Shown here one piece after another: positions 45,308-58,290 of a stretch of 64,000 bases of DNA. This DNA comes from Heteronotia binoei (taxonomy: Eukaryota): assembly GCF_032191835.1 (NCBI RefSeq), contig NC_083236.1, forward strand, positions 39,618,001 to 39,682,000, in the 5' to 3' direction. The translations under genes and the position numbers were made by a program. Numbering within the stretch: position 1 is the first letter of the stretch; each line of letters opens with the position of its first letter. Below the pieces are notes generated by a model. It had not been told where the DNA came from, searched no databases, and was given only the letters and a program-made list of their open reading frames with translations.

Positions 45308-45445
45308 CAGGGGTGGCCAATGGTAGCTCTTCAGATGTTTTTTTTTGCCTACAACTCCCACCAGCCCCAGCCAGCATGGCCAATGGCTGGGGCTGATGGG
45401 AGTTGTAGGCAAAAACATCTGGAGAGCTACTGTTGGCCACCCCTG
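45308..45445. mobile_element. hAT-type palindromic MITE (138 bp)
   Basis: TIR CAGGGGTGGCCAA / TTGGCCACCCCTG with TSD CTACAGTC/CTATAGTC. Confidence 0.85.
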
Positions 45446-46553
45446 CTATAGTCCATTTCCTTGTAGAGTTATAATGGGAAATGTGCACTTTCCCAGTATG
45501 TCCCTATGCTCCATTTACTCTTCAAATGGCCTTTTTAAAGATGCTACTGTCTCCTATTCTTGTATAGCAATAGGTAAATCGTTTCCACCATAGGTTCGTT
45601 CCTGACAACTGAATGGCCTATCAGAGTGGATGTGAAGGTAGTACAGCATCTCCAGGTCTGCCCCCAGTTTACCTCTGGAATTCCCTTAATATTTTTTTTT
45701 ATTATTTATCTTTTATTAAATTTTATATATGTTACAACAAACAAATAATTCCCTTAATTTACACATGTTGTAATGTGTAAAGTTACACATTAATTCCCTT
45801 AATTTACACATGTTGCATCCCCAAGGGAAGTGACTTCTGTGCATATTCCATTGAATGATATAGCAGACTGACTGGAGTTCTGCTTGATATTTTAGCAGCT
45901 CTTTCCCCTACAGATAAGTTTATCTGGAGGGAAGAGGACCAATTCTTCGAGCTCACAGAAGACTGTTATTCCTCTGTCTGTTACAGTCACAGTCTCAGAC
46001 TTTACCCTCTTAGTCCCATTGTACTAGCCCAAAGGGATTCCTAAAGTGGGCAATCCTATGATCAGATATAAAGATGTTCAAATCAGTGAATGTTCTCGGT
46101 CTCTCCAGCAAGCCTCATGCTATTAAAATGGCACTAACATTGACACAAGAGAGTCTCAGTGTATTTAACGGGGCCACACAGGAAATACAGGTCTGACAAG
46201 AGAGACCAATGTGCAAAGAAAATTACTTCCCAGAGCATTGTGAGGTGATTGGTGGTGTATTACTTAAGAAAGCTGAGCATTTATGAGTGAACATGGCAAT
46301 AACTTAGTTCTTAGCCTTGCTGGTTTTCTAAGCTCTTTTATCTTTGTGGTCAGGGGAAAAAAAAACAAACCTCTGTAAGATTGCCTTAGGTGCAACGGAT
46401 TGATAAGAGAATTCTTGTCATACTGGAAACTGCTGAGAGCCATGTACCATCTCTGTGCGAGTAGGAGCATAGGTGGCTTGTTACACAAACAGGCACTGCT
46501 CTTTCCTTGATAAGCTAATGCAAATATGACTTCTCCAAGCTCTTTGATGTCTT

Positions 46554-46623
46554 ACAAACCTGCTCGAGCTTAAGATAGAAGAGAAGACAAACCTGCTTGA
46601 GCTTAAGATATAAGAGAAGACAA
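46554..46623. repeat. 33-bp tandem duplication
   Basis: ACAAACCTGCTCGAGCTTAAGATAGAAGAGAAG x2 with 2 mismatches. Confidence 0.9.
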
Positions 46624-46761
46624 GGTTATTTTGAGTCTATTGTTCAGGTGTGACAGTCCACTTTTAGTTCTCAGGGTCTTTGTTTTCCTTCCTTCCAAGA
46701 CAATGAAAGCTAACTGTTCCCAGAGTGATCCAAGTGGGCAGCCACGTTGGTCTGAAGTAGT

Positions 46762-46848
46762 TGAACAAAGCAGGAGTCAAGTCTCACCTTTAAGACCAAC
46801 CAAGTTTTATTTAGAACGTAAGCTTTCATGTGCTCTCTAAGCACATTC
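46762..46848 (-). mobile_element. Penelope pLTR fragment with a partial hammerhead
   Basis: GGAGTC...CACCTTTAAGACCAAC...GTAAGCTTTCATGTGCTCTCTAAGCACA matches 7010-7080. The CUGANGA core is missing. Confidence 0.65.
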
Positions 46849-49800
46849 CCAGAAGGAGTGGTCTTGGATTTTTTCTGTATCTACACAGTTGATCTTAGCC
46901 AAATGGACCATGTGTAAGATCCATGGAAAGTTTCCACCTTGTGCAAGGGCTTTGGAGCGAATAGAAACACAAGAAAATCATTGCAAGTAGCCTTTGCATT
47001 AAACCAGCTTGGCTGTATCCTGTCTTCCCTTTCTGTTTGCACAAGATACAATAATTTATATCACCCATCCATAGGGACACTGTAGTAGGGACTAAGAGCC
47101 CAGGCGCAGCAAAGGTTTGTTTACCTAAGCAGGGGCTTGGATGGGTGACTGCCAAGGAAGTCCAAGGTTTGCTACACTAAGGCAGGGAATGGCAAAACCA
47201 CCTCTGTTCATTGCTTGCCTTGGAAACACTACAGGTTCACCATCAGCTGACTGCAATTTGGGAACATTTTCCATCACCACAGTATACGTAGACCTGGTCA
47301 ACTAGTAAGGGAAATACTCTTAGTTGAGTACATGCGCCAACATAATTAATTGGGTTCCAAAACAACAACAAATAAATGTCTTTAGACTTCTGTTATATTT
47401 GACTGGCATCATAATTTACAGGGGTCTTTCATGTATGCTTCAGTCCCACCCATATTCTCCCCACCCCCAGCAAAATTCTCCTCTCTCTCTGCTCTTTATT
47501 TTAAAAAAAAAGTAATCTTGATTTTTATCACTACAGCACAGAGCAATTAGCCATAAGACAGACATATTTCTCACTCCACTATAGACTTTCAAAAGAGACT
47601 CAAAACTCAGAAAATATTATTCTATCCACAAAACTGGGAAAGCTATCAGATGTCAAACATCCAGGGAGATGGAGAACTATCTGTCACAACAGCACAAGAA
47701 ATATTTCATCATCCCCCCCCCATAATGACCTTCATCCACTAATGATATAGCACCTCCAAACTGAACTGTAATGTCATCAAACAGCCTTCTGCCTTTTGAT
47801 TTTTCTATGTGACAATACTGATCAGAAAGGGAAAAAATCAGCACTTGATCTTATAGTAGCTCTTAAACAAATGGAACTGTGTTACATAAACATTCTCTCT
47901 AGGGATGCTTGAACACTTGCTGGTTTTGGATCACATCATGATCAGGCAGCTGCATTTTTCTGAAGGTTTCTAAATGTTGGACAGAATGCTATACATGTGT
48001 GGTTTACCAATGCATTCCTCTACATTAACAAACTGCACCTGTGCACTAAAGAAAAGCAATATTCATGGGACTTCATGCATGCTGCATCAGATTTCTTATT
48101 ATCCAGTCTCTGACCAATGTATATCTGTACTTGGGGTTTACTCACACCAGGTAAGCTACCAAAGATTAATTGTGCCATCCTAAGAACACTTTAAGAGGGA
48201 AGGCAGCATGACATAGCCTGTTCTTATCAGATTTCCAAAGCTAAGCAAGGTTGGTACTTGAATGGAAGACCAGACCACCAAAGATTACAGAGGAAGGCAA
48301 TGGCAAACTACCTGTGGTTCTCACTCCTTTGAAACCCTCTTGCTAAAGTTGCCACATGACTCATTGGCATTTGGTTAGCAGTCATCTACCTAGTAACACT
48401 TTCCTGGTAAACCTCATTAAATAGACTCAAGTTGGACCTACTTAGCATTTTTTTTCTTAATTCCTTCAGGACATGGGCTATATTAGCTTTCATTATATAG
48501 GCGAGGGATACATTCCTTAAAAATTCAAAATGTTGCCACCAACCTTCTGGTTGTTAGATATGACATTTCACCAACAAGCATCACCGAAAGTAAAGGCAGC
48601 ATTGAGCTGTTGTTTATAAGAGCCCATTATAGTCTAGCAACCCATAGCAACCCATTATAGTTGCTATGTATGCAAGCTTATGAAAAGCTTTCTGGGGGGA
48701 AAAGGAACTTTAATTTGTTGAAAGTCGCTTCACCTACTTCAAAAGTATTTCCCTATCAAATCTCAGCATTAATGCCTTTTCCATAAGTGTTAATGCTAAG
48801 CCTCTTTAGTTTGACAATGGAAACATTTAACTTCACAGTTTGACAGAGAAATGTATTTGCAAATACCCTAGATGAATGTGTCATTTATTATCATTAAATT
48901 AAAACACTATCTGAGAGGCACTGAGCAAGAAGTTAGCAATAAATTCTCTCTCTCACTCATAACAAATCTACTTTTTTGCTTTCCTTGTCATAAATTGAGA
49001 AAACCAGCGATATTCAAATTAGTCTTCTTGAAAAAAGTTAATCAGGATTGGATTCTGGAGTGCCATAAATGTTAAGAAAAATTCCAGAGTATATTTACTG
49101 GGGATGTTATGAATAGCCATAATTTTCTACACCAAAAGCAAGAATGGTTTGTTCCTGTTTCTTCTTGTAAAGATGAGTGAATGCTCCTCAAAAAGAGCTT
49201 TTGTCCATGGTTTGCTGTTTTTTTCCAGCAGAAAAGCTAACTCCAAATGAACTCCCAAGCATTAAATAAATGTCAGATGTTTGGGAGCCTCAAGACATGA
49301 ACACACACTTTTATTTTAAAAAGTAATAATTTATTTGCGCAGACAGATAAAATACACATGTATGCACTTTACAACATGACCAAGCTAGAAAGAGACTTAA
49401 AAAAACCCTGGGAATAACAGTCCCTATAAGACCAGCATAAGGAAAAGTTATGGAATTATTTTTTTGGCACCAATGGGAGAAGGAATCACTGACCACCATT
49501 GCATCATTATGTGTGTCTCTTTGCCTTGACACCACGGTTAGAAAATGCAGCTCCTACAAGAGCTACAAAACTAAGGGGGAACCCTGTGCTGTCCTCTTTA
49601 ATTCCATCCCTCCTTCCAGTGGCTCCCTTGGCTCTTGCACTCTCTTTCCCCACTTTAGGTCTTCAGGTGACTTCTGTGGTGGAGGAGAAAAGCTTGAAAG
49701 CCTGCCTATTTCCCCCTTCTTTCCCACTGCACACACAGAAGAAATAGTCACTTACCTATGGGTCAGTGCTCAGAGGCTGGCTGAGGTTCCACTGCTAAGC

Positions 49801-50839
49801 ATGCTTATTTGAAAGTAAGCCTGCATTAAGTTCCTCCTTGATCTCTGGGAGCCTCACAATATGTGTGAAAAAGCCATGTGGGGCTCCCAAGTTGCAGTCT
49901 GGCCACCCCTGCTCTAGAGTCTCAGCTTTTCCAACCAGTTTCTTCTCTCTCCTATCAAGGTTACACTTCAACATGTTCTTTCTCAATGAGTTTATTGACA
50001 ACATTTCTATCCTGCCTATCTACCAATCAGGGCCACCAAGATGGCTGACTATTTAAAACAACATAATAAAACACACCATAAAACTAATTAAAAACACTTA
50101 AACTGTGTAACAAGGAGATAATATAACCAACAAAATACAACATAAAACCGATTAAAATGGAACTAAAATACATATGATACATATTCAGATAAATAAAAAC
50201 CACTAATTTCCACCATTTTCCCCATCAGGACTTGGGAAAATCTTGCAGTGGTGCCTGTACTGAGTTTCAATGAATACCACCACACAAAAAAACCCTGTAG
50301 AAAACAGAAGGCAGCAAACTAAAAACACAAGGCAGGAAGGAGGGATTGTTGGGGGAACCCCAGATGAAAGAAAAAGATCTTCACCTGCTGGTGGAAGACA
50401 GTTATAGTAGGGAATATAAGAAATCCCATAGGGAAAGAGTTACATGATTTAGGTGCTACAAGGTCTTCGGCCACTTGACAACAGCTTCCAGGCACTTTCT
50501 AACATTTTGGGTTTTTAAAACTTCATTTATGTTCCACTTTTTTCACCTATGAGGATCTATACAACAATGGGAACAACATTCTCCCCTTCTCCTTTTTATC
50601 CACACAACAGCCCTGTGGCGTGTGTTTGACTAAGAGAGTGTGATCGTTCAAGGTTACTGTGATTGGTTGGGAAGGCCTTTTGAAGTGGAGATACAGCCAA
50701 GATCTATCAAAAACCACAAACATATATTATAGTCACATACTCTATGGTATTGTTTGGCAGTGTTGTTTAATTCAGAAAGGCATTCACTATTTCACATTTA
50801 TAGCCTCTAATATCATATAGGTAACCATAAAGATATTAA

Positions 50840-51088
50840 AACCCTGTGGCGCAGAGTGGTAAGCTGTGGTATTGCAGTCCAAGCTCTGCACACGACCTGA
50901 GTTTGATCCTGGAGAAAGCTGGGTTCAGGTAGGCAGCTCAAGGTTGACTCAGCCTTCCATCCTTCTGAGGTTGGTAAAATGATTACCGAGCTTGCTGGGG
51001 ATAAAGTGTAGACTGGGGAAGGCAATGGCAAACCATCCTGTAAAAAAAGGCTGCCATGAAAATGTCGTGATGCGACATTACCCCAGAG
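50840..51088 (+). mobile_element. Sauria SINE
   Basis: tRNA-like head, AAGGTTGACTCAGCCTTCCATCCTTC core and GGAAGGCAATGGCAAACCA BovB-like tail. Confidence 0.8.
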
Positions 51089-51919
51089 TCCTTTTTTTAA
51101 CCATAAGGATAAAAGGCTAGAGGGAGGAAAAATCATCACTTCACTACTTTTACAGTACGTTTGGAAATAGTTCCTTGACGGTTCATAATATAAACAGAGA
51201 CTTACTGTTTGGCTAGTTAGTATGTTTTAACTTCTCAGACATTATATGAATGAGAAGAAATAAGACCAAAACGTGAAACTAAGGGTGGAAAGTCTTGCCT
51301 TGCTTTAATGCCAGCATGGTTGATGGGCTCAGCAGCATCTCAGGATAGCCAAATGTTTGCCTAGCTTCACTACAGTAAAGCATCCTGCCCACAATGACTT
51401 CCCCACCCCTGCTTCCTCACAGTATCATAGTTCATTCATTCACCTCCTCCAGTTCCTCGGGCTTTTCTCCAATCTTTCTCAAACCTACTTTTTATTGGAA
51501 ATTTTGGGAAAGATCACAGGGAAGCCTGGATACTGCTGCATGAGTGGGAAAATTCAGGTTTTCACCACCCAAATGGCAGCCATTCTCTCTGAGATTGTTC
51601 CCCCAGTGGTTATTTTGTTCCTCCATCACATGAAGTCTTTAATTATATATTAATTATTAATGTTATTACAAATATTTGAACTGGGTTCTCTGAATTTTCA
51701 GTGTTCATTTAAAAACAAAGTAAGTCTCTAGTACGTTCTTCTATAGGTAGATAAGGGGAAAGACATCTATCCACAATAGAAAGGGCTTGAGACTTATTTT
51801 TTTTTTTAAAAAAAAAAATAATAATCCAGCAATACAGAAAACCTAATACACATCAATGAAGTAAAATATTGCTTTATGCTGAGACAGAATATTGGTCTAT
51901 TAAGACTTTATTGTTTACT

Positions 51920-52130
51920 CTGACTGGGCCCTGACCGATCTTCCCAGATCTCAGAAGCTAAACAGAGTTGGCCCTGGCTAATATTTGTATGGGAGACATC
52001 CAATAAATACTAGGGTTGTGATGCAGAGGCAGGCAATGACAAACCACCACTGGATGTCTCTTTCCTTGAAAACCGGACAGGGTCTCCATAAATCAACTGT
52101 GACCTGATGGCACTTTCCATCACCACCACT
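51920..52130 (+). mobile_element. 5S rRNA-headed SINE with RTE-type tail
   Basis: GATCTCAGAAGCTAAACAG...ATGGGAGAC (5S ICR-like) followed by GGCAATGACAAACCACC. Confidence 0.7.
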
Positions 52131-53112
52131 CTAGCAGCTGCTCTCCAGGGTTAAAGGCAGAAGGGTTCTTTTATCACCTACTACTGATGCTGGGGATTGA
52201 TCCCCAGACCTTTTACAGGCAAAAGATATGTTCTGCCAGAGTCATGGGCCCTCTTCTCTTCTCATATATTTTTGTGTGCATTCTTTCTCCCAATTGTAGA
52301 TATTGCTAAAACCATGAAAAATTAGAATCAGTCACTTGAATATGGAAATTCAGGTCCACCATTGACTTTATCATCTTCCAGCCAGGGCTCTAGGAGTCTC
52401 TCTTCCCTTGGAATTGACTTCTGCAATGGAAAGGATGGGCGAGAAGCATGTTGGCTGCAGGACTTGTTCAATGTGCCAGAGTGAGTTAATGTTCAGAAAG
52501 GTAAAAGCAAAACAGCAATAACTCTTGTCAACTCTCCAAGATGGGGAGAAAGTCTGTGAGGGAACAGTAACTCAGAGAATCCTTTTTGTAGCCTAGGATT
52601 AGAAAATGAAAGTGGATTTTAAAACCATCTCAAGTCTTTGAAGGGATGCTCAGCATCTATGAAATGAACCAATTGGAGAAGTTTTAAAAGGATTATACCA
52701 ATGATTACACTGAAATGACACTGCCACTTAGAGATTGACTTGTACTATCTTAGAGGTTAAAGAAAAGCCAACAGAGAGACAGAAAGTTACTTCTATGCTA
52801 AAGGGCAGTTTTCACCAAGAGAAAGAGAAAGTTCAGGCTTCTCATAAAGATTGGAACCATCCATCGATTGCCAGCCTCAGTAAGCAGGTGGCAAGAGAAC
52901 TATAGAATGCAAATATATATATATATATATTACAAAATCATAATAATAAGACATAAACAACATGGCATACTTAAAAAAATATGGAAACAAAGGGTTTAAA
53001 TTGCAGAAACATCATAGACACAGAAAACCTTGACACCATGTTACATTTGTTGGCATCAAGATTCTTGTGCAGTGTTTGGCCAAATTTAAATGAACAACAT
53101 TTCTAAAATGGT

Positions 53113-53412
53113 GAGAGCCAGTTTGGTGTAGTGGTTAAGTGTGCGGACTCTTATCTGGGAGAACCGAGTTTGATTCCCCACTCCTCCACATACACCTGCT
53201 GATGTGATCTTGGGTTAGCCACAAGTACTCTCAAGGCTGTTCTGCTCAAGAGCAGTTCTGGGAGAGAGCTCTCAGCACCACTTACCTCACCGGGTGTCTG
53301 TTGTGGGGAGGGGAAGGGAAAGGAGATTTGTAAGCCACTCTGAGACTCCTTTGGCTAGCGAAGAGTGGGGTATAAATCCAATCTCCTCCTCCTCCTCCTC
53401 TTCTTCTTCTTC
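53113..53412 (+). mobile_element. tRNA-derived squamate SINE
   Basis: A/B boxes and a (TCC/TCT)n tail. Confidence 0.85.
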
Positions 53413-54857
53413 TCCACCTCTGAGACTGATTCCACTTTTGAAACATATACATTTCTCCACAGATGTCAGTTTCTTTACATCTTTGTTCTTTCCCTACACC
53501 ACTGATAACACTGCAAAACAAACAGACTTGGAAACCGCCATCTGCCTGCTGGGTTCGAGATTCTTCTTGTGTGGTGTTTTACCAAAGTTTTATTTTTATT
53601 TTTTTTTAAAAAATGTTCTAATACAGCTATACATAAAATCACATTACTTGTTCACAATGTTTTAGGAGTGCATATGTGTGCTTGGGAAACACAGAAAGGG
53701 GAAAAGATGCAACAGAAGAGACTGAATGTTACAAAAACTGTGATATGCATAGTTCCTGAATCTAAACATTATATTGTACATTGAATGTAAGCAGAATTTT
53801 ATGATTCCCTTATGTGATCTGCAGGTGTGGTAGCTTCTATATATAGAATCTATTTCATGGTGCCATTTCAATTCTCTTTCCCATTATATTTTGTTTTCAG
53901 GGGGGAAAAAACCCACTAGTCAACCTTCTTTGGAATGTTTAGAATTCAGTTTGTGTGCACCATCTTGCTAAGATGTTGGAATAGTAAGAAAAAAAAAACT
54001 CAAGTCTTGCACTTCTAGGGGTTTCTTTCTTTCTCTCTCAAGTGAAGATCTCGAAATGCCAACGAGGAGAGAGCCTGTGAATCTAATTGCTCGGTGCTTC
54101 TACTGAGGATTTCTAGATGGGATTTGTCCAAATGCCACAAACAGTCGAGGGCAAGTTGAGTGTAATCCGTCACTGACGGCTTGGGTAGTTGATAAAAAAC
54201 AAGCCCCAGCAGACTGATGGCTCTTCAAGAGTAGGTAGCAGAGAGTGAAATTAATTTAAAGCCACTAATTTGAGGAATTAATTGCCTTTCAGAAAGGCAA
54301 GCACAAACAAAATGAACATCTGGGCAGGGATCCAGATGTTGACACTGAACCGATAAGGATCTTGGACTTAGCTACTAGAGATTGACTTACATGTCTGTAG
54401 ATCACTTCTGCCCTGCATTTCAGGACAATAATCAAAAAGATAAAGCATTGAGAAGCAGTCTTAGAGAAAAAAAAATGTACATGACATAAATCAGATTATG
54501 GGTGCCTGACATGACTCTTCCTCATATATTAGTTCACTTGTTTACTAAATGAGGCTTTTATACCACCCTCCCTGCAAGCAGGCTCAGAGTGGTATACAAC
54601 AAAGTTCTATAAAATACATATAAGGTCATAAAGAATCTAAAATACAATTCTAAAAAATATCCCAAACCCTCATGGTGCCATAATACAATTTTAGTCCCTC
54701 AGTTTACTTTACTTTAACAATGCTTTAACAGTGGAGGGAGAGGGATAGAAGCAGTTAGAGTGCCAATTTCTGTTCATGACTGGCTAGACCATTAATGTTA
54801 AAGCCAGTTGATGTTAAAAAGCTGTAGCTGTTTAAAAAAAAAAAACATTGCTGGCAG

Positions 54858-55062
54858 CCCTGACTTGGGTAATCCAGGCAAGCCTGATCTCGTCAGATCT
54901 CGGAAGCTAAGCAGGGTCAACTCTGGCAAGTACTTGGATGGGAGACCTCCTTGGAACACCAGCAGTTGAGAGGGCAGGGGCAGGCTTTGTTCAACCACCT
55001 CCCTGAATAGCTTCCAGGCCCCACGTAAGGGATCAGTCACCAGAGGTCACCATGATTTCCAG
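54858..55062 (+). mobile_element. 5S rRNA-headed SINE
   Basis: 54882-54960 closely follows 5S rRNA from about nt 28 to 110 (GATCTCGGAAGCTAAGCAGGGTC ... GTACTTGGATGGGAGACC), but the 5' end and tail are not 5S. Confidence 0.8.
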
Positions 55063-55464
55063 GTGCGCACACACATGCACATATAAATACTTCTTCCTCC
55101 TCCTTCTCCTCTGGTTGTGGACATCTGGACACTCTTTGAGCCACAGATGTCAAATAGATTTTGATCACCTGAGCATAGTGCTCTCTGGGAGATATATGAG
55201 GGAGGGGGGAAGAGAGAGAGGTAAGGGAGTGAGATCATCATATGTATGTTCACGCAAGGACTGATCTTTAGAAACCTGTGTCACTTGACGCAACTCCAAA
55301 TATTGCAAGGGAGAAGGAGGAGCTTCAGTCTTCCTTCCCATTTCTTCTTCCGAAGAAGAAGAAGAGAAATCTTGCATGTGAAGGAGGGAAGAGGGCAAGA
55401 TCATCATAGCATGTTTCATGTGCGATCAGTTCTAAGTTCAAAGCCTGGCATCTTCAGTTGAAGG

Positions 55465-56245
55465 TTGCCCCCCCAGTCAGAATGAAGAGGCTGACACAAT
55501 ATGTTGGATAAACCGGGCTGCTTTATTAAATATAACTTAATGAACTAGAACGGCAAGGGGTATAGGCCTAACAGGACAAGCCCTGGGGTCAAACGCAGGA
55601 CCCCACCTTGTCCTTAGAGGGCTAGCCACCTTGCCCCCAGCACGAGCCCAATATTCTGGCTGGTGCTGAGCGACCAGGCCCAAACTCCACCTCCACCTAG
55701 GCCAGCATCAATCCCTCTGGAAAGATCTGCCCCGGTGAGGCTTTGCCGTGATCTGTACTCCCAGCATTGAGCTGTACAGCCCATCTGCAGTTCATACAGA
55801 CAACCTGCACCTACCGGTACAGGGCCATAGGTGCTCCCCTGAACAAACACTGTGGCCCATACCTCATCCTGCCCAGCGACCAAACTAATAAACTCCTCCC
55901 CAAAACTCCTAACACTATCAGGCAGTACAAGGTAGGCGAAAAACAAATTCACATGGGCCAATTCTGTGAAAATGAAAAAATTCCTACCTGGCCCCTAATA
56001 AGGCGACCAGTGATAACCTGTACTGCCAAAGGGTGGGCGGGCGGGCGGGCTGAGAGCTGAAAGGCAAGTGTGACACGTTGAGTGGGGCCGGGGCCTTTAT
56101 AGCCCCAATGCCACACCCGATGAGCCTTCCTGGCTGCCATATGAGGCAGGGCCAGCCTTCCCTCCTTCCAGGAGGGCAACAGCAGCCCCCAGCCTCTAGC
56201 CAGCGATACCAGCGATGCCGGCGTGGCTGGGAAGGGGCCGATCTT
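55465..56245 (-). mobile_element. Solo A-spacer-B unit of a related Ngaro/PAT-type element
   Basis: Collinear with 7740-8485 (TTGCCCCCCCAGTC.GAATGAAGAGG ... AAATTCCTACCTGGCCCCTAATAAGGCGACCAG ... GGCTGGGA.GGGGCCG) but diverged. It has no gag and no TSD. Confidence 0.85.
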
Positions 56246-57031
56246 CTTTGGATACAGGAGTTGGGAGAGGTCCATCTTTGTGTTCCTGTGCACTAGATGG
56301 GCCAGTCACCTGACTTTATATAAGGGATCTTCATAAGTTCACAAATTGTGTTATTTAATCTATGATCATTTACACAAGCACCCTGTGTCTTGAGGCAGCC
56401 ACATTTGGAAAACTGTATACAGTTCCATTTGCTGACTCTCAAACAGAACACTGTCTGCTACCATATAGCAGGAAAAGACAATCACAACAGTCAAGGAGTT
56501 GTGGCATCTTCCCTCCAAGAAAAGGCTAAATAATTTTAAAAAAATAGTTTAGACAAAGTTTGGCTAATAAAAGGCACAATTCTGATTATGTATGTTTTTC
56601 GGAAAGTGGATCAGGTTAACTGTTTCTCCCATAATCATATCATGTGAACTCCCAATGTAGTAGATAGGTAGTTGATTCTAGACAGGGCAAAGAAATAAAT
56701 TATTTGCTCAAATAGTAATCAGTTTGTGGAATTCAGAGTCAATGATCATGGTCCTTTAAAGGGGTATATATAGTATTCATTGAAATAAAATCCATTAATA
56801 CCTATTAACCATGATACCTACGTGGAGTCTCCCATATTCAAATGGCTGAGCCTGCCATCTTTGTTATGGGTGGAGTAATAAAGGAAGACCCAGCTGCTGT
56901 CCCCTTATTATAGATCTCTGGATATAATTTGGTTGGCCTCCTTGGAAAACAAGTTGTTAGACTAGATGGAACATTGATCTGATTCAGAATGGTTGCTGAA
57001 TCAAGTGAGAGATGTCCATGTGTGAACTAGC

Positions 57032-57235
57032 CTGAGGAGGAGGAGGTGTTTTGATTTATACCCCACCCTTCACTCTGAGTCTCAGAGCAGTTTACAATCT
57101 CCTTTCCCTCCCTTTCCAAACAGCAGACACTCTGTGAGGTAGGTGGGGCTGAGAGAGCTCTTTTGAGAACTGCTCTTGAGAGTACTGAGATCTGAGAGTA
57201 CTGTGGCTGGCCCAAGGTCATCCAGCAGCTACATG
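57032..57235 (-). mobile_element. tRNA-derived squamate SINE (3' part)
   Basis: Reverse complement of the 53113 family. Confidence 0.75.
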
Positions 57236-57384
57236 CGATTAGAGTTCATGATCTTGACCACTGCATCAAACTGGCTTCAGGTATTTGTGTGTGTGTGAAG
57301 TAATGACAAGTTGCAATTGCAATTGACTTACAGTGACTCATAGGGTTTTCAAGGCAAGTGATTGAGCAGAGGTGATCTGCCATT

Positions 57385-57485
57385 ACCTTCCTCTGCAAAG
57401 TCTTTTGTGGTAGTCTCCCATCCAAGTACCAACTCTGCTTAGCTTCTGAGATCTGACAGGTTCTGCCTATACTATGCTGTTCCAT
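57385..57485 (-). mobile_element. 5S-headed SINE fragment
   Basis: GTCTCCCATCCAAGTACC...GCTTAGCTTCTGAGATC is the reversed 5S ICR. Confidence 0.65.
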
Positions 57486-58054
57486 ATCCCCACAGGACAT
57501 TTTCTAAACTTTAAGAAAGTGCAAAAAGGAGGACATGAATACTTTATTGATTTACTTAACAACTTGTCTTAGGTTGCTTTTATACTGAGTCAGGAAGCAG
57601 TAAAGTCCCTGGTGCCCACACTGCTTCTCTTACTGGGCTTGCTCTAAGTTTTACTTCTTCCAGCAACTAGGAAGTGCAATTGAATCTGTGCATCCCAAAC
57701 ATCCCTTGCAATATACCACTGAGGTGCTTCACTGGCTCCATATCAGTTTCATATCGGTCCACTGGCACTCATTTCATCCTCAAGTGATATGATGAACTGT
57801 TTTCACAGCTGGGGCTAGCCCTGCTTTGATAATTAGTATTAAGGTTTGGGCAGTTTGATGCAAATGTACAATTTGTAGGCTGAAGAGAGAAAGCCCAGGC
57901 TAGTCTGCTTGGAAGTAAGTACAGTTTCATCCAAGAAAAAGTTCTTAGGACTGCAGCCAAAGTTTCTTTAGACAGTTTTGAGTACCTCCCAGGTTTTCCA
58001 TCACTAAAAACAACCCCCCCCCCGCACACACACATACATGCCTCTCTCTCATGT

Positions 58055-58290
58055 CCAGTGTGGTGTAGTCATTAAGAGCAGTGGGCTCAAATCTGGAGAA
58101 CTGGGTTTGATTCCCTCCTCCACATGAAGTCAGTTGAGTGACCTTGGACCAGTCATCATCCTCTCAGAACTCTCTCAGCTCCACCTACCTCACAAGGTGC
58201 CTGTTACAGGAAGAGGAAGGGAATGCGATTGTAAGTTGCTTTGAGACATGTGAAGGTAGAGAAAGGCAGGGTTATAAAATCTTCATCTTC
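58055..58290 (+). mobile_element. tRNA-derived SINE
   Basis: GTGGTGTAGTC (A box), GGTTTGATTCCC (B box) and the family tail. Confidence 0.7.

Noticed and set aside
54882-54960. Possible 5S rRNA gene
   Set aside because: It lacks the 5S 5' end and terminator, and continues into a SINE-type body seen at several loci.
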